Source: a virus
Lineage: Duplodnaviria > Heunggongvirae > Uroviricota > Caudoviricetes
Reading direction: 5' to 3' (one strand)
IMG/VR virus record: IMGVR_UViG_2531839523_000012
Location: 1 to 40,154 of that record
Length of the DNA stretch: 40,154 nt
Below the pieces are notes generated by a model. It was not told the origin of the DNA, did not search any database, and saw nothing but the letters and a program-made list of their open reading frames with translations. A program made the translations under genes and the position numbers. Of this stretch, positions 28,142 through 38,423 are shown piece after piece (position 1 is the first letter of the stretch; each line of letters starts with the position of its first letter).

Positions 28142-28710
28142 AAACGGGGGCTGAAGCCATCCGGGCACTGGCCACACAGCTCCCGGCGTTTCGTCAGAAA
28201 CTGAGCGACGGCTGGTATCAGGTACGGATTGCCGGGCGGGACGTCAGCACGTCCGGGTTAACGGCGCAGTTACATGAGACTCTGCCTGATGGCGCTGTGA
28301 TTCATATTGTTCCCAGAGTCGCCGGGGCCAAGTCAGGGGGCGTATTCCAGATTGTCCTGGGGGCTGCCGCCATTGCCGGATCATTCTTTACCGCCGGAGC
28401 CACCCTTGCAGCATGGGGGGCAGCCATTGGGGCCGGTGGTATGACCGGCATCCTGTTTTCTCTCGGTGCCAGTATGGTGCTCGGTGGTGTGGCGCAGATG
28501 CTGGCACCGAAAGCCAGAACTCCCCGTACACAGACAACGGATAACGGCAAACAGAACACCTATTTCTCCTCCCTGGATAACATGGTTGCCCAGAGCAATG
28601 TTCTGCCCGTTCTGTACGGTGAAATGCGCGTGGGGTCACGGGTGGTTTCTCAGGAGATCAGCACGGCAGACGAAGGGGACGGTGGTCAGGTTGTGGTGAT
28701 TGGTCGCTGA
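28039..28710 (+). CDS. I: Tail assembly protein I
   Basis: MAATHTLPLASPGMARICLYGDLQRFGRRIDLRVKTGAEAIRALATQ; near-identical to lambda gpI; overlaps the 3' end of K in another frame. Confidence 0.8.
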   Translation: MAATHTLPLASPGMARICLYGDLQRFGRRIDLRVKTGAEAIRALATQLPAFRQKLSDGWYQVRIAGRDVSTSGLTAQLHETLPDGAVIHIVPRVAGAKSGGVFQIVLGAAAIAGSFFTAGATLAAWGAAIGAGGMTGILFSLGASMVLGGVAQMLAPKARTPRTQTTDNGKQNTYFSSLDNMVAQSNVLPVLYGEMRVGSRVVSQEISTADEGDGGQVVVIGR

Positions 28711-28770
28711 TGCAAAATGTTTTATGTGAAACCGCCTGCGGGCGGTTTTGTCGTTTATGGAGCGTGAGGA

Positions 28771-31700
28771 ATGGGTAAAGGCAGCAGTAAGGGGCATACC
28801 CCGCGCGAAGCGAAGGACAACCTGAAGTCCACGCAGTTGCTGAGTGTGATTGATGCCATCAGCGAAGGGCCGATTGAAGGTCCGGTGGATGGATTAAAAA
28901 GCGTGCTGCTGAACAGTACGCCAGTGCTGGACAGTGAGGGGAATACCAATATCTCCGGCGTCACGGTGGTGTTCCGGGCAGGTGAGCAGGAGCAGACACC
29001 GCCGGAGGGATTTGAATCCTCCGGCTCCGAGACGGTGCTGGGTACGGAAGTGAAGTACGACACGCCGATTACCCGGACCATCACGTCTGCAAACATCGAC
29101 CGTCTGCGCTTTACCTTCGGTGTGCAGGCACTGGTGGAAACCACCTCAAAGGGGGACCGGAATCCGTCGGAAGTCCGCCTGCTGGTTCAGATACAGCGTA
29201 ACGGTGGCTGGGTGACGGAAAAAGACATCACCATTAAAGGCAAAACCACCTCGCAGTATCTGGCCTCGGTGGTGGTGGATAACCTGCCTCCGCGCCCGTT
29301 CAACATCCGGATGCGCAGGATGACGCCGGACAGCACCACAGACCAGCTGCAGAACAAAACGCTCTGGTCGTCATACACCGAAATCATCGATGTGAAACAG
29401 TGCTACCCGAACACGGCACTGGTCGGCGTGCAGGTGGACTCGGAGCAGTTCGGCAGCCAGCAGGTGAGCCGTAATTATCATCTTCGCGGGCGCATTCTGC
29501 AGGTGCCGTCGAACTATAACCCGCAGACGCGGCAATACAGCGGTATCTGGGACGGAACGTTTAAGCCGGCATACAGCAACAACCCGGCCTGGTGTCTGTG
29601 GGATATGCTGACCCACCCGCGCTACGGCATGGGGAAACGTCTTGGTGCGGCGATGTGGATAAATGGGCGCTGTATGTATCGGCCATACTGCGACCAGTCG
29701 TGCCGGACGGTTTGGCGCACGGAGCCGCGCATCACCTGTAATGCCTGGCTGACCACCAGCGAAGGCGTGGGATGTGCTCAGGATTTCTGTCGGCGATGCG
29801 CTGTATGCCGGTATGGAACGGGCAGACGCTGACGTTCGTGCAGGACCGACCGTCGGATAAGGTGTGGACCTATAACCGCAGTAATGTGGTGATGCCGGAT
29901 GATGGCGCGCCGTTCCGCTACAGCTTCAGCGCCCTGAAGGACCGCCATAATGCCGTTGAGGTGAACTGGATTGACCCGGATAACGGCTGGGAGACGACGA
30001 CAGAGCTTGTGGAGGACACGCAGGCCATTGCCCGTTACGGTCGTAACGTCACGAAGATGGATGCCTTTGGCTGTACCAGTCGGGGGCAGGCACACCGCGC
30101 CGGGCTGTGGCTGATTAAAACAGAACTGCTGGAAACGCAGACCGTGGATTTCAGCGTCGGCGCAGAAGGGCTTCGCCATGTACCGGGCGATGTTATTGAA
30201 ATCTGCGATGATGACTATGCCGGTATCAGCATCGGTGGTCGTGTGCTGGCGGTGAACAGCCAGACCCGGACGCTGACGCTCGACCGTGAAATCACGCTGC
30301 CATCCTCCGGTACCACGCTGATAAGCCTGGTTGACGGAAGTGGCAATCCGGTCAGCGTGGAGGCTCAGTCCGTCACCGACGGCGTGAAGGTAAAAGTGAG
30401 CCGTGTTCCTGACGGTGTTGCTGAATACAGCGTATGGGGGCTGAAGCTGCCGACGCTGCGCCAGCGACTGTTCCGCTGCGTGAGTATCCGTGAGAACGAC
30501 GACGGCACGTATGCCATCACCGCCGTGCAGCATGTGCCGGAAAAAGAGACCATCGTGGATAACGGGGCGCACTTTGACGGCGAACAGAGTGGCACGGTGA
30601 ATGGTGTCACGCCGCCAGCGGTGCAGCACCTGACCGCAGAAGTCACTGCAAACAGCGGGGAATATCAGGTGCTGGCGCGCTGGGATACGCCGAAGGTGGT
30701 GAAGGGGGTGAGCTTTATGCTTCGCCTGACCGTGGCAGCGGATGACGGCAGTGAGCGGCTGGTCAGCACGGCCCGGACGACGGAAACCACATACCGCTTC
30801 AGGCAGCTGGCGCTGGGAAGCTACAGGCTGACAGTCCGGGCGGCAAATGCCTGGGGGCAGCAGGGCGATCCTGCATCGGTATCGTTCCGGATTGCCGCAC
30901 CGGCAGCGCCGTCGCGGATTGAGCTGACGCCGGGCTATTTTCAGATAACCGCCACGCCCCATCTTGCCGTTTATGATTCGACGGTACAGTTTGAGTTCTG
31001 GTTCTCGGAAAAGCGGATTGCGGATATCAGGCAGGTTGAAACTACAGCCCGCTATCTTGGCACGGCGCTGTACTGGATAGCTGCCAGTATCAATATCAAA
31101 CCGGGCCATGATTATTATTTTTACATCCGCAGTGTGAACACCGTTGGCAAATCGGCATTTGTGGAGGCTGTTGGCCAGCCGAGTGATGATGCATCCGGCT
31201 ATCTGGATTTTTTCAAAGGCGAGATAGGGAAAAGCCATCTGGCTCAGGAGCTGTGGACGCAGATTGATAACGGTCAGCTTGCGCCTGACCTGGCTGAAAT
31301 CAGGACGTCCATTACGGATGTCAGCAATGAAATCACACAGACCGTCAATAAGAAACTGGAAGACCAGAGTGCGGCAATTCAGCAGATACAGAAGGTTCAG
31401 GTTGATACAAATAATAACCTGAACAGCATGTGGGCTGTGAAGCTGCAGCAGATGCAGGACGGACGCCTTTATATCGCGGGTATTGGTGCCGGTATTGAGA
31501 ACACCCCTGACGGCATGCAGAGTCAGGTGCTGCTGGCGGCGGACAGGATTGCGATGGTTAATCCTGCGAATGGCAACATAAAGCCGATGTTTGTTGGTCA
31601 GGGCGATCAGATATTCATGAACGAAGTGTTCCTGAAATATCTGACGGCTCCCACCATTACCAGCGGCGGTAATCCTCCGGCATTTTCCCTGACACCGGAC

Positions 31701-32240
31701 GGGCGGCTGACGGCGAAAAATGCCGATATCAGCGGTAACGTGAATGCGAACTCCGGGACGCTCAACAACGTCACGATTAACGAGAACTGCCGGGTTCTGG
31801 GAAAACTGTCCGCGAACCAGATTGAAGGCGATCTCGTTAAAACAGTGGGTAAAGCTTTCCCCCGGGACTCCCGTGCACCGGAACGGTGGCCATCAGGGAC
31901 CATTACCGTCAGGATTTATGACGATCAGCCGTTTGGCCGGCAGATTGTTATTCCGGCGGTGGCATTCAGCGGCGCTAAGCATGAGAGAGAGCATACTGAT
32001 ATTTACTCCTCATGCCGTCTGATAGTGCGGAAAAACGGTGCTGAAATTTATAACCGTACCGCGCTGGATAATACGCTGATTTACAGTGGCGTTATTGATA
32101 TGCCTGCCGGTCACGGTCACATGACGCTGGAGTTTTCGGTGTCAGCATGGCTGGTAAATAACTGGTATCCCACAGCAAGTATCAGCGATTTGCTGGTTGT
32201 GGTGATGAAGAAAGCCACCGCAGGCATCAGTATCAGCTGA
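28771..32240 (+). pseudogene. J: Host specificity protein J (lambda J-like central tail fibre), interrupted by several indels near 29640-29830
   Basis: Two ORFs (28771-29832 and 29772-32240) that together align with lambda J; between them J-like peptides switch frame at least three times within about 150 bp. Confidence 0.8.
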
Positions 32241-32259
32241 ATTTTATAGCCCCAATACG

Positions 32260-32286
32260 GGCGTCAGAAATGACGCCTTTTTTATT
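32260..32286 (+). terminator. Rho-independent terminator after J
   Basis: GGCGTCA-GAAA-TGACGCC followed by TTTTTTATT. Confidence 0.65.
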
Positions 32287-32307
32287 GCAGAAAAGCGAGA
32301 GGTAATT

Positions 32308-32836
32308 ATGCGTAAATTATGTGCTGTTATTCTGTCCGCAGTAGTCTGGCTGGTTGCCGCTGGTACGCCAGCGAGCGCAGCAGAGCATCAGTCCACACTA
32401 AGCGCCGGGTATCTTCAGACCCATACTGATATGCCAGGCAGTGATGACCTGAAGGGCATTAACGTGAAATACCGTTATGAATTTACGGACACGCTGGCAT
32501 GAAGATTCAGTGCGTAACCGCTGGTTCAGCATGATGGCGGGGCCATCTGTACGCGTGAATGAATGGTTCAGTGCTTATGCGATGGCAGGCGTGGCTTACA
32601 GCCGTGTTTCGACGTTCTCCGGGGATTATCTCCGCGTAACTGACAACAAGGGGAAAACGCACGATGTGCTGACCGGAAGTGATGACGATCGCCACAGCAA
32701 CACGTCTCTGGCGTGGGGAGCTGGCGTGCAGTTTAACCCGACCGAATCCGTGGCCATTGATATTGCTTATGAAGGCTCCGGCAGTGGCGACTGGCGCACT
32801 GACGGTTTCATCGTGGGTGTCGGTTATAAGTTCTGA
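32308..32836 (+). pseudogene. lom: lom (Ail/Lom-family outer-membrane protein), frameshifted/internally deleted
   Basis: N-terminal signal peptide and GINVKYRYEFTD, then a stop; the Lom-like continuation (MAGPSVR...IAYEGSGSGDWRTDGFIVGVGYKF) is in another frame. Confidence 0.75.
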
Positions 32837-32862
32837 TTAGCCAGGTAACACAGTGTTATGAC

Positions 32863-32889
32863 AGCCCGCCGGTTCAGGCGGGCTTTTTT
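32863..32889 (+). terminator. Rho-independent terminator after lom
   Basis: GCCCGCC-GGTTCAG-GCGGGC followed by TTTTTT. Confidence 0.65.
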
Positions 32890-32900
32890 GTGGAGTGGAT

Positions 32901-35102
32901 ATGGCAGCAGTAAAAATCTCAGGTGTGCTGAAAGATGGTGCGGGAAAACCAATACAGAACTGCACTATTCAACTGAAGGCAAAGCGTAACAGCACCACGG
33001 TACTGGTGAACACGGTGGCCTCTGAAAATCCTGATGAAGCCGGGCGTTACAGTATGGACGTTGAGTATGGTCAGTATAGCGTTATCCTGCTGGTTGAAGG
33101 TTTTCCGCCTTCACATGCCGGAACCATTACCGTCTATGAAGGTTCCAGTCCGGGGACGCTGAATGATTTTCTCGGTGCCATGACGGAAGATGATGTCATG
33201 CCGGAGGCATTGCGCCGTTTTCAGGAAATGGTGGAAGAAGCGGCACGCAACGCCGAAGCCGCCTCTCAGAGCGCAGCGGCGGCAAAGAAATCCGAAACTG
33301 CAGCGGCATCATCGAAGAACGCGGCGAAAACCTCAGAAACGAATGCAGCTAACAGCGCACAGGTGGCAGCGGCCTCGCAGACTGCATCGGCAAACTCCGC
33401 AACAGCAGCTAAAAAATCAGAAACCAACGCGAAAAATAGCGAGACAGCCGCAAAGACGAGCGAAACCAACGCAAAGTCCAGCCAGACGGCAGCGAAGACC
33501 AGCGAAACGAATGCTAAAGCCAGTGAAACTGCAGCAAAAAACAGCCAGGTTGCAGCAGCCCAAAGCGAGAGCGCGGCAGCCGGTTCTGCGACTTCAGCAG
33601 CTGGATCAGCAACTGCTGCGGCTAACAGCCAGAAAGCTGCGAAGACGAGTGAAACTAACGCAAAGTCCAGCCAGACGGCAGCGAAGACCAGCGAAACGAA
33701 TGCCAAAGCCAGTGAAACTGCAGCGGCGAACTCGGCGCAAGCATCGGCAGCAAGCCAGACAGCAGCTAAAGCAAGTGAGGATGCAGCCAGAGAGTATGCA
33801 AGCCAGGCAGCAGAGCCGTATAAATATGTCTTACAGCCACTGCCTGATGTGTGGATACCGTTTAACGATTCACTGGATATGCTTGCTGGCTTTTCGCCTG
33901 GTTATAAGCAAATAACTGTAGGTGATGATGTTATTAAAATGCCATCCGATAAGGTTGTTAGCTTCAAACGCGCATCAGGTGCAACATACATTAATAAATC
34001 AGGTGTATTAACCGTTGCTGAAGTTGACGAACCGCGATTTGAACGAGAAGGTTTGCTGATTGAAGGACAGAGAACAAACTATTTCAGAAATTCAAATACA
34101 CCAGAAGCATGGAATAACACGGGTAGTGTGTCTGTTGAGTCGTTCGACAGTGATAAGGGGTTTAACTATGGAAGGATAACTGTTATTAATGAAAATCCGA
34201 CAGCACAAGGATATCAGGCAATTGCTGTAAACACGAATGATGCTTACACCTGCCCGGCAGGTTCTTATACGACGATATCGTGTCTGACGAAAAGTGATAA
34301 TTCCTGGTGTCGTGCAAGGTTCGGAAAAATGTCTGATAATGGTGCGTTTGTTTTTCATTCAGATGCAGCTCTGGATCCTGTTACGGGAAATGTTGTTCAT
34401 GGAAATAATGTGACGGTGACGGCAGAAAGAGTCGGTGAATGGTGGTTGTTTACCGCCACTCTTTTTGCAGATGCGGAAATGATAATCAGCTCAAGATTTG
34501 AAATCCTGGCGATGCCTGGAATCAGTATTATCCCCAATGGCTCTACGTTAGATATTGCGATGCCTCAGGCGGAGATTGGGTCGTACAGGACGTCATTTAT
34601 CATTACTGAAGGGGCTCCTGGCACTCGCTCCAGCGACATGGTGACAATACCTGTAAGAAACAATATTCACCGATTACCATTCAGTGCTCTTGTTGAAGTT
34701 AATAAAAACTGGGATATCCCTCCCAGCAAATCACCATTAATCTTTAATGTTAAAGATTATCAGGAAAATGGTCTGTTCACGCATGGATTCCGTGGTAATA
34801 ATTTCTCTGATGCCGGTTCTCCTTTTATTTCTATGGGAGGGTGTAATAAATATGTGGCAACAACCCAGAGGAAAATCATTTCAGGCTTCCGTTGTGGCGC
34901 TGATGGAGATGTTCAGGCCGTATGTAATGGTGAATTATCTGTTGCGGCAAAAACAACATGGACTTCAATTGTTCCACGGGCAGTATTGCGAATTGGAGGG
35001 CAGGGCACTAATGGGGAGTATCATCTTTTTGGTCATATCCGTAATCTGCGTATCTGGCATAAAGAATTAACTGATGCGCAAATGGGGGAGAGTATTAAAT
35101 GA
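32901..35102 (+). CDS. stf: Side tail fibre (lambda Stf-like N-terminus, repeat-rich shaft, non-lambda C-terminal domain)
   Basis: N-terminus MAAVKISGVLKDGAGKPIQNCTIQLKAKRNSTTV...GFPPSHAGTITVYEG matches lambda Stf; central KTSETNAK-type repeats; C-terminal ~400 aa unlike lambda. Confidence 0.8.
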   Translation: MAAVKISGVLKDGAGKPIQNCTIQLKAKRNSTTVLVNTVASENPDEAGRYSMDVEYGQYSVILLVEGFPPSHAGTITVYEGSSPGTLNDFLGAMTEDDVMPEALRRFQEMVEEAARNAEAASQSAAAAKKSETAAASSKNAAKTSETNAANSAQVAAASQTASANSATAAKKSETNAKNSETAAKTSETNAKSSQTAAKTSETNAKASETAAKNSQVAAAQSESAAAGSATSAAGSATAAANSQKAAKTSETNAKSSQTAAKTSETNAKASETAAANSAQASAASQTAAKASEDAAREYASQAAEPYKYVLQPLPDVWIPFNDSLDMLAGFSPGYKQITVGDDVIKMPSDKVVSFKRASGATYINKSGVLTVAEVDEPRFEREGLLIEGQRTNYFRNSNTPEAWNNTGSVSVESFDSDKGFNYGRITVINENPTAQGYQAIAVNTNDAYTCPAGSYTTISCLTKSDNSWCRARFGKMSDNGAFVFHSDAALDPVTGNVVHGNNVTVTAERVGEWWLFTATLFADAEMIISSRFEILAMPGISIIPNGSTLDIAMPQAEIGSYRTSFIITEGAPGTRSSDMVTIPVRNNIHRLPFSALVEVNKNWDIPPSKSPLIFNVKDYQENGLFTHGFRGNNFSDAGSPFISMGGCNKYVATTQRKIISGFRCGADGDVQAVCNGELSVAAKTTWTSIVPRAVLRIGGQGTNGEYHLFGHIRNLRIWHKELTDAQMGESIK
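33451..33724. repeat. Near-identical direct DNA repeats (about 65-95 bp units) inside the stf shaft-coding region
   Basis: GCAAAGTCCAGCCAGACGGCAGCGAAGACCAGCGAAACGAATGC(T/C)AAAGCCAGTGAAACTGCAGC at 33471-33535 and again at 33660-33724, with flanking partial copies. Confidence 0.7.
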
Positions 35103-35380
35103 AAGATTTAACACTCAAATTTGCAGACAGGGCCGACTTTTCGGCCTTTATGGAGAGTATTGGCTATTATGATGACGAGTCGATGCAGGATGATATTCTT
35201 ATTGACGTGATAGGTAACGTGTACAAAGAAACCGGAGAACTGACTGAAGATGGCGAACCGGTATGTGTTAAGGAAGACGGATATTTTGTAAACGTGCGCA
35301 TCATTAATGATGCAAAAAAATCGTCAATATTCGATAAATACGCGGTTGTTGTTGAGCATCAACTTCGTGGCTGGATGTGA
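35099..35380 (+). CDS. Small acidic hypothetical protein (possible cognate tail-fibre chaperone)
   Basis: 93-aa ORF starting at the stf stop (ATGA overlap); no similarity to lambda Tfa. Confidence 0.4.
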   Translation: MKDLTLKFADRADFSAFMESIGYYDDESMQDDILIDVIGNVYKETGELTEDGEPVCVKEDGYFVNVRIINDAKKSSIFDKYAVVVEHQLRGWM

Positions 35381-35389
35381 GGGAGACAA

Positions 35390-36079
35390 ATGGCTACATC
35401 GACAGTAATTCCAGGAGATATCACCACGCTAAAGGGAGATGTCAGTAAAACTAAGGAAGATATTTCCTCAATTAACGGAAAAGTATCAACGCTTCAGACT
35501 GATATGACCAGTACAAAGCAGGATATCAGTACCAGATACACAAAAACTGAAGTTGATAATAAGCTGAAAAACAAACTGGAAGTGAATGCTCTGGAAAGCG
35601 GTAATTATGGTGGAGATTTTTACCCGCTGACTGGTCGTGAAGCATTTTATTTATGGAATTTGGGCACGACTACAGCGGCGGCAAACCTTTATCTTAATCC
35701 TGACCCTGCAATTTCGTCTGTACTGCGGTCAACATCGTCTATTCGCTATAAACATTCAGTAGAGACGATAGATTCAGAGCACGCCGATCTCATTTTCAAG
35801 ATGCGCCCTGTGTGGTACAGGTCGCAATGCGAAAATGACAGGCGCGATTGGGGATTCTATGGATTGATTGCCGAGGAAGTAGGAGAAATTGCCCCTCAGT
35901 TTGTTCACTGGCGACCAGCTAACGAAGATGATGCACCGGAAACCATTTCCAGCAATGGCCTTGTTGCCGAAGGTGTAATGTACGAACGTCTGGTTGTTCC
36001 ACTGATTCACCATATCCAGAAACTGACTGAAAGAGTTGATGAACTTGAGTCAGAATTAAAGTTGTTATCAACTTCCTGA
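35390..36079 (+). CDS. Fibre-like protein with C-terminal intramolecular-chaperone (peptidase S74-like) domain
   Basis: N-terminal coiled-coil repeats, then SSIRYKHSVETI and GFYGLIAEEVGEIAPQFV, which resemble the endosialidase-type chaperone signature. Confidence 0.5.
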   Translation: MATSTVIPGDITTLKGDVSKTKEDISSINGKVSTLQTDMTSTKQDISTRYTKTEVDNKLKNKLEVNALESGNYGGDFYPLTGREAFYLWNLGTTTAAANLYLNPDPAISSVLRSTSSIRYKHSVETIDSEHADLIFKMRPVWYRSQCENDRRDWGFYGLIAEEVGEIAPQFVHWRPANEDDAPETISSNGLVAEGVMYERLVVPLIHHIQKLTERVDELESELKLLSTS

Positions 36080-36104
36080 AGCGATATCGGATAAAGGAGG
36101 AGTA

Positions 36105-36392
36105 ATGGATATAAGCCCCTTACTTCATGCGCTTTGTGCTGTGGCTGCGCAGATACTGGTTGGTCTTTTTACCGGAAACTGGGCTTACGGAGCGATAGCT
36201 GGTTGTACGTTCTTCATTGCGCGTGAACACACCCAGGCAGAATATCGCTGGATTGAAATGTTCGGACATGGCAAGCGTATGAATATGCCGTGGTGGGGCG
36301 GTTTTGATCCGCGCGTGTGGGATGTGGCAAGCCTGATGGATTTTGCTGTGCCGGTGGTGGCGTGTCTGCTGATCTGGCTGTTGATCAGTTAA
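36105..36392 (+). CDS. Small hydrophobic (2-TM) hypothetical protein
   Basis: 95 aa with AAGGAGG ribosome-binding site; hydrophobic N- and C-terminal segments. Confidence 0.4.
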   Translation: MDISPLLHALCAVAAQILVGLFTGNWAYGAIAGCTFFIAREHTQAEYRWIEMFGHGKRMNMPWWGGFDPRVWDVASLMDFAVPVVACLLIWLLIS

Positions 36393-36400
36393 ATATAAAA

Positions 36401-36436
36401 AGCCGCAGTAACTTGCCATGGCAGGATACTGCGGCT
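36401..36436. terminator. Bidirectional rho-independent terminator between the tail-fibre region and the RT operon
   Basis: Perfect 10-bp stem AGCCGCAGTA/TACTGCGGCT with 16-nt loop; T-rich on the minus-strand side (TTTTTATATTT). Confidence 0.6.
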
Positions 36437-36499
36437 GGTTTGTGAGTTTAAATAGTGTGTTTATTGCGGTATATTTAAAGGACTTAATGGATTACATAT

Positions 36500-37876
36500 C
36501 TATGATATTCCTGAAATATCCTCTTCAAGCTCTTTTACTGATTTCGCAATTTTAAATTTAAACTTCCTCTCTATTTCACTATTGCTAAGTTTTTTTTCCT
36601 TCTCTTTACCTATCCACATAGAAACAAGTTCTCGTTTCTGAGATATATGTAAATTATCAAAGTTAGGTATGTATTTAAAAGCCTCCGCTCTACCTCTGCG
36701 GAGTTCATAGAAAGTTTTAATCAAAGACTTTGGTTTTATTTCTGATGAAAGGCCGAATCGGCGGATAAGATTATTGATAGTATGATTAACAGAGCGAAGT
36801 TGAGCTGTTGAGGTTATTTGTGAGAAGTACGATACCCATCCCAATCGTTTACCTTCAAACACACATCCCGTAATTCTGAGATTTAGTTTCCACTGACAAT
36901 ATGCAACAGCTCGTTCTTTATCACGCTTACTTTTAGCTTGTAGTAGAGCGTGCCTGTATGCAGTAAAAATCCTTGCTAAAGATGACTCAAATCTAAGAAT
37001 GCTCTCATGTTTTATCAATAATTCTCGATTTTCTATGTGGTATCCCAAAAAGTTAAAACTTTCATCCAAGCTGCCTACCTTGGATTTTGAGTTCTCTTCA
37101 TTTAATGGATGTGGGTTTAAATTTAATGATTGAAGCTTATCAATGATATGAGAAGCTATTTTTGTTGCTTGATATTTTGGTGTTAAAATAAGAATGTCAT
37201 CAACGTATCGCATGTACCATATGTCATGCATTTTATTGATTTCATCATCAAAATTAGATAGTGATATTTCAGCTAAAATATTTGATATCGCTAATCCCTG
37301 AGGTACTCCTCTGGTATTATTCGGGATACCTTTGCTTCCTGTTGCTCCACTTACAGTAGGCACGATTAATGATGATGTTATTAACTGTCTAATTTCTTTT
37401 TTTCTAATTTTATTTCTTATTGCATTAATTATCAATTTATGTTCAATTGAAGGATAGAAACTTTTAAGATCTATTTTTGCATATTCAGCATAAAGACTGC
37501 TGTTTAATGCTTCTTTCAATGAGTCAATTACTGTATGTGGTAGTTTTAATCTGGAGTTAGGATATATTTCCGTAAGGCATTCACAGAGAGCTCTAAGAGT
37601 AATTCTGTCCCTAGCAGTTGGTATGGAAATCTGTCTGGGTGTAGAGTTAGCGCCTTTAGATATTAATTTTTCTTTATATGCTGTAAATTTGTAATTGCCA
37701 GAGTTAACCTTTTCAAAAATGAAAGTGATCTCATTTTTTATTGTCAAATCAAGTTTTGATGGGCGAATCCGATCTATGCCAATCGCTCCTGATTCTTTGA
37801 TTTTTTCAGTGTATACTTTTAGAAGTTTTTTTTTCGAGAATGACTTTTTAAAAATTCTGCTTGCAGTCATAGTCAA
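36500..37876 (-). CDS. Reverse transcriptase (stand-alone prokaryotic RT with ~160-aa Lys-rich C-terminal extension)
   Basis: RT motifs in order: PRQISIPTARDRITLRAL, AKIDLKSFYPSIEH, GVPQGLAISNILAEISL, YMRYVDDILIL, FNFLGYHI; no maturase/endonuclease domain seen; AT-rich. Confidence 0.85.
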   Translation of the reverse strand: MTMTASRIFKKSFSKKKLLKVYTEKIKESGAIGIDRIRPSKLDLTIKNEITFIFEKVNSGNYKFTAYKEKLISKGANSTPRQISIPTARDRITLRALCECLTEIYPNSRLKLPHTVIDSLKEALNSSLYAEYAKIDLKSFYPSIEHKLIINAIRNKIRKKEIRQLITSSLIVPTVSGATGSKGIPNNTRGVPQGLAISNILAEISLSNFDDEINKMHDIWYMRYVDDILILTPKYQATKIASHIIDKLQSLNLNPHPLNEENSKSKVGSLDESFNFLGYHIENRELLIKHESILRFESSLARIFTAYRHALLQAKSKRDKERAVAYCQWKLNLRITGCVFEGKRLGWVSYFSQITSTAQLRSVNHTINNLIRRFGLSSEIKPKSLIKTFYELRRGRAEAFKYIPNFDNLHISQKRELVSMWIGKEKEKKLSNSEIERKFKFKIAKSVKELEEDISGIS

Positions 37877-38399
37877 TCCAAAGATATATTAATGGGAGTA
37901 TATAAAGGGCGGCAGTAGTAAATATTCGAAGTAATATCCATAAAATAACAATTATTTTTTCTTTTTGTGTGGGGATCCTCGTCGTAAGTCCAACTTGAGT
38001 TACCCTTGAAATTTTATCATCTATGTCACGGTGATTCTCAACCTCATTGAGCAAATTAAAATATTTTTCTTTCTGTTCAAGAGTTAACTGTTGACTGGTG
38101 GTAATGTCAAAATAGAGTCGCTGTAGTGCAATATAATTCCTTCTCATGGCTATTGCTCGACCACGAAAATCTAGGTTAGATACGATCAGAGAAATACCCA
38201 GTAGGGCCACCGAAAGTATTGCCGCAACGATATCTGTATTATCTCCTAGAACTTTTGGAAATCGCAACGTTACAATTGAAAGTACCGCACTCAATATAGC
38301 ATACCAAACGAGGATAAATTGAGAGTGCTTTTCAAGCCATTCTAGTCGATGGTGCGCTTGGATACGGGCTTTATATGTAAACCAAATATTGTCATGCAT
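37848..38399 (-). CDS. Small multi-pass membrane protein co-transcribed with the RT (candidate effector)
   Basis: 183 aa; amphipathic N-helix, two adjacent TM helices (FILVWYAILSAVLSIVTL; IVAAILSVALLGISLIVSNL), a third C-terminal hydrophobic helix; AAGGA ribosome-binding site; 3' end overlaps the RT start by 29 nt. Confidence 0.6.
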   Translation of the reverse strand: MHDNIWFTYKARIQAHHRLEWLEKHSQFILVWYAILSAVLSIVTLRFPKVLGDNTDIVAAILSVALLGISLIVSNLDFRGRAIAMRRNYIALQRLYFDITTSQQLTLEQKEKYFNLLNEVENHRDIDDKISRVTQVGLTTRIPTQKEKIIVILWILLRIFTTAALYILPLIYLWIDYDCKQNF

Positions 38400-38423
38400 A
38401 AAAGATCCTTTTTAAAAGCGGAA

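Noticed and set aside
29778..31238. 486-aa minus-strand ORF
   Set aside because: Lies entirely antisense within the J gene, whose sense frame matches lambda J along its length; Arg/Pro-rich, typical of a spurious antisense ORF.
33280..33780. Possible CRISPR array
   Set aside because: The repeats are long, in frame within a tail-fibre gene, and lack spacer/repeat periodicity; no CRISPR array was found anywhere in the window.
33190..33915. Alternative-frame ORFs (241 aa plus-strand, 146 aa minus-strand) over the stf repeat region
   Set aside because: Low-complexity Arg/Gln/Ala-rich translations of the repeat DNA; the stf frame is the one with lambda Stf homology.
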